DNA of 7,590 nucleotides from a virus (Duplodnaviria; Heunggongvirae; Uroviricota; Caudoviricetes): IMG/VR virus record IMGVR_UViG_2778261559_000019; one strand, 5' to 3'. Shown piece by piece: positions 6,145 to 7,590 of this stretch (position 1 is its first letter; each line of letters starts with the position of its first letter). The notes under the pieces were generated by a model. It saw only the letters and a program-made list of their open reading frames with translations, ran no database searches and was not told where the DNA came from. The position numbers and the translations under genes were made by a program.

Positions 6145-6168
6145 CCGATATGGGAATTCCCATATCGG
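6145..6168. promoter_or_regulatory. 24-bp perfect palindrome (CCGATATGGG-aatt-CCCATATCGG) upstream of the predicted hok promoter
   Basis: Perfect inverted repeat centred about 58 bp upstream of the predicted hok mRNA start; not followed by a T-run on either strand. Confidence 0.3.
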
Positions 6169-6179
6169 GCGAAAACGGT

Positions 6180-6207
6180 TTGCTGTAACGGCAGAGTTAA
6201 GTAGGAT
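6180..6207 (+). promoter_or_regulatory. putative hok/mok mRNA promoter
   Basis: -35 TTGCTG (6180-6185) and -10 TAGGAT (6202-6207) place the transcription start near 6211-6215, the position where the 5' segment complementary to the mRNA 3' end begins. Confidence 0.35.
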
Positions 6208-6261
6208 TGCTGCGGGTGCTTGAGGCTATCTGCCTCGGGCATGAACACCAACGGCAGATAG

Positions 6262-6310
6262 ATAAAAGCCCCACCCGACTATAAATCGAAGTGAGGCCCC
6301 TATATGCTCG
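6262..6310 (-). ncRNA. sok: candidate Sok-like antisense RNA (antitoxin of the hok locus); ends approximate
   Basis: On the minus strand, a hairpin (complement of 6268-6297; stem GCCUCAC/GUGGGGC with one G-U pair) followed by UUUUAU. The same stem on the plus strand has a C-A mismatch. It overlaps the mok Shine-Dalgarno and start codon (6291-6306). Possible minus-strand -35 TTGACC (complement of 6342-6347). Confidence 0.35.
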
Positions 6311-6516
6311 TCACATATAGATTGCCTCTTACGGACCGAAAGGTCAAGGAGAAGCAGGCTATGAAGCAGCAAAAGGCGATGTTAATCGCCCTGATCGTCA
6401 TCTGTTTAACCGTCATAGTGACGGCACTGGTAACGAGGAAAGACCTCTGCGAGGTACGAATCCGAACCGGCCAGACGGAGGTCGCTGTCTTCACAGCTTA
6501 CGAACCTGAGGAGTAA
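6304..6516 (+). CDS. mok: mok-like reading frame (same-frame N-terminal extension of hok, 70 aa)
   Basis: ATG 6304 with GTGAGG 7 nt upstream; shares frame and stop with hok, as in annotated chromosomal mok/hok pairs. Confidence 0.5.
   Translation: MLVTYRLPLTDRKVKEKQAMKQQKAMLIALIVICLTVIVTALVTRKDLCEVRIRTGQTEVAVFTAYEPEE
6361..6516 (+). CDS. hokD: Hok/Gef-family type I toxin (51 aa), HokD/RelF-like
   Basis: MKQQKAMLIALIVICLTVIVTALVTRKDLCEVRIRTGQTEVAVFTAYEPEE is a single transmembrane helix plus the conserved Hok C-terminal motif, and matches HokD/Gef-type toxins as recalled. AAGGAG 9 nt upstream of the ATG. Confidence 0.9.
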   Translation: MKQQKAMLIALIVICLTVIVTALVTRKDLCEVRIRTGQTEVAVFTAYEPEE

Positions 6517-6584
6517 GAGACCAGGCGGGGGAGAAATCCCTCGCCACCTCTGATGTGTCAGGCATCCTCAACGCACCCGCACTT

Positions 6585-6616
6585 AACCCGCTTCGGCGGG
6601 TTTTTGTTTTTATTTT
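6585..6616 (+). terminator. rho-independent terminator of the hok mRNA
   Basis: Stem AACCCGC-ttcg-GCGGGTT followed by TTTTTGTTTTTATTTT. Confidence 0.7.
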
Positions 6617-6624
6617 CAACGCGT

Positions 6625-6654
6625 TTGAAGTTCCGGACGGCGCCGGAATAGAAT
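6625..6654 (+). promoter_or_regulatory. putative promoter with a palindrome in the spacer, upstream of the 6737 gene
   Basis: -35 TTGAAG (6625-6630), 18-bp spacer containing TTCCGG-acggcg-CCGGAA (6631-6648), -10 TAGAAT (6649-6654). Confidence 0.4.
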
Positions 6655-6736
6655 CAAAAATACTTAAGTAGCGCGCAGGGAGAAGAGGGATGGACCCCGA
6701 ACAGGGGAGTGCTATTTATCTGGAAGGATTCTGTTG

Positions 6737-6994
6737 ATGAGAATCGAAGAATTACGTGAAATTTTTAGTGAAGATGGCCTCTATACTGTGCGCGTTGAGA
6801 AGGGCGCTATTGTCAGCCACTGCCGTATTAAATGTTTACAGTCTCAACAAAGGAAGAGTGGAGCTGCGTTAATTCATTTTGTGGATGGGCTTGTGACGGA
6901 TGGTTTTATTTTGCGTGCAAATGAATTTGTCACATCGTTGCCGTCTCTGAAAGAAGCTGGGATTAAGGCTGGTTTTTCTGCTTTTGAAGATTAG
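6737..6994 (+). CDS. hypothetical small protein (85 aa); occupies the position of rem in Qin, identity unverified
   Basis: ATG 6737 (one codon after an in-frame TTG) with GGAAGGA 8 nt upstream; follows the hok terminator and a promoter-like element. Confidence 0.6.
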   Translation: MRIEELREIFSEDGLYTVRVEKGAIVSHCRIKCLQSQQRKSGAALIHFVDGLVTDGFILRANEFVTSLPSLKEAGIKAGFSAFED

Positions 6995-7063
6995 TGAATT
7001 CATCTACAATTCAGCGCAGGGCTGAACCCCTGTTGAGTAACACTGTGCCACCGGAGAAAGCCG

Positions 7064-7342
7064 ATGGCGCAAAATTCCAGACTACACAATTCTGATAATT
7101 CAGCCGTCTTTGCCAGCAGGCACGGGCGGCGTTCTCATGCATTCAAATCTGACTGGTTCCGGCACGCCCCATGCACTGAAGAACAGGCCGAATGGCTGAT
7201 TCAGAACTACCGCAGACGTGGGTATGAGTTTAGGAAAGCCCTCAGCCTCGATTATCGTCACTGGATAATCTACGTCAGGCTGCCGTACTCCGAGCGCCCA
7301 CCGCGTCCGTCCCGCACATTCCAGCAACGCATCTGGAGGTAA
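7064..7342 (+). CDS. hypothetical protein (92 aa)
   Basis: ATG 7064 with GGAG 7 nt upstream; Arg/Tyr/Trp-rich sequence; no family recognised. Confidence 0.5.
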   Translation: MAQNSRLHNSDNSAVFASRHGRRSHAFKSDWFRHAPCTEEQAEWLIQNYRRRGYEFRKALSLDYRHWIIYVRLPYSERPPRPSRTFQQRIWR

Positions 7343-7476
7343 CGTGCGGGTATTACTTCGACCTGTTCCGGTACCGGAACTTGGGTTGGTGGTCCTTAAA
7401 CCAGGCCGTGAATCCATGCAGGTATTCCATAACCCTCGAGTGCTTGTGGAGCCGGAACCGAAAAGCATGCGCGGTC

Positions 7477-7539
7477 TGCCGTCCGGCATCGTCCCTGCCG
7501 TCCGGCATCGTCCCTGCCGTCCGGCATCGTCCCTGCCGT
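7477..7539. repeat. tandem direct repeat, 3.3 copies of a 19-bp unit (TGCCGTCCGGCATCGTCCC)
   Basis: Three exact copies at 7477-7495, 7496-7514 and 7515-7533, then a partial copy TGCCGT at 7534-7539. Confidence 0.9.
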
Positions 7540-7590
7540 TCGCCAGCCGCTGGCGGAGGATAAATCATTACTGCCGTTTTTCAGCAATGA

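Noticed and set aside
5991-6251. 86-aa minus-strand ORF spanning the terminator and palindrome region
   Set aside because: Covers structured non-coding DNA (terminator hairpins, 24-bp palindrome) and has no ribosome-binding site.
6300-6494. 64-aa minus-strand ORF antisense to mok/hok
   Set aside because: The antisense strand of hok loci encodes the Sok RNA, not a protein; the open frame is incidental.
7100-7587. Minus-strand ORFs (7100-7489, 7353-7568, 7396-7587) and plus ORF 7381-7563 over the tandem repeats
   Set aside because: The open frames are generated by the 19-bp repeats and GC-rich sequence; translations are low-complexity (Gly/Arg/Pro/Thr-rich) and the same peptide recurs in different frames.
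1-7590. Searched for tRNA, rRNA, CRISPR arrays, insertion-sequence inverted repeats and transposase genes
   Set aside because: No cloverleaf-like conserved tRNA motifs, no regularly spaced repeat-spacer array and no transposase-like ORF were seen. The only tandem repeats are the 19-bp triplet at 7477-7539 and the iteron-like repeats at 2523-2631.

Overview
This window reads as the early/immunity region of a lambdoid, Qin-like enterobacterial prophage, followed by a cargo (moron) segment. All calls rest on reading the sequence and on protein sequences recalled from memory; no database search was run. Leftward (minus strand): a DicA-like HTH repressor (927-1334), then a 207-bp promoter/operator region and two small genes of unknown function (363-719, 72-290) in the position of the DicA-repressed dicB-type operon. 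Rightward (plus strand): a Cro-like DicC/YdaS-type gene (1411-1638), a YdaT-like (CII-analog) gene (1622-2173), a replication initiator with an HTH N-terminus and DnaT-like C-terminus (2145-3185) carrying iteron-like repeats in its linker, a lambda-P-like helicase loader (2974-3639), a prophage protein with tandem winged-helix-like repeats (3673-4407), and two weak small ORFs. An AT-rich segment then carries an orphan signal-peptide-bearing periplasmic solute-binding protein (5267-6025) with its own terminator. It is followed by a complete hok/mok/sok-type type I toxin-antitoxin locus (about 6180-6616) whose predicted mRNA 5' end pairs with its 3' end. Two small genes follow (6737-6994, 7064-7342), and the window ends in three tandem 19-bp repeats (7477-7539). 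The most noteworthy unexplained elements are the orphan binding protein with a 28-bp perfect palindrome upstream, the two unknown genes in the DicA-controlled leftward operon, several perfect palindromes, and the terminal tandem repeats. No tRNA, rRNA, CRISPR array or transposase was seen.
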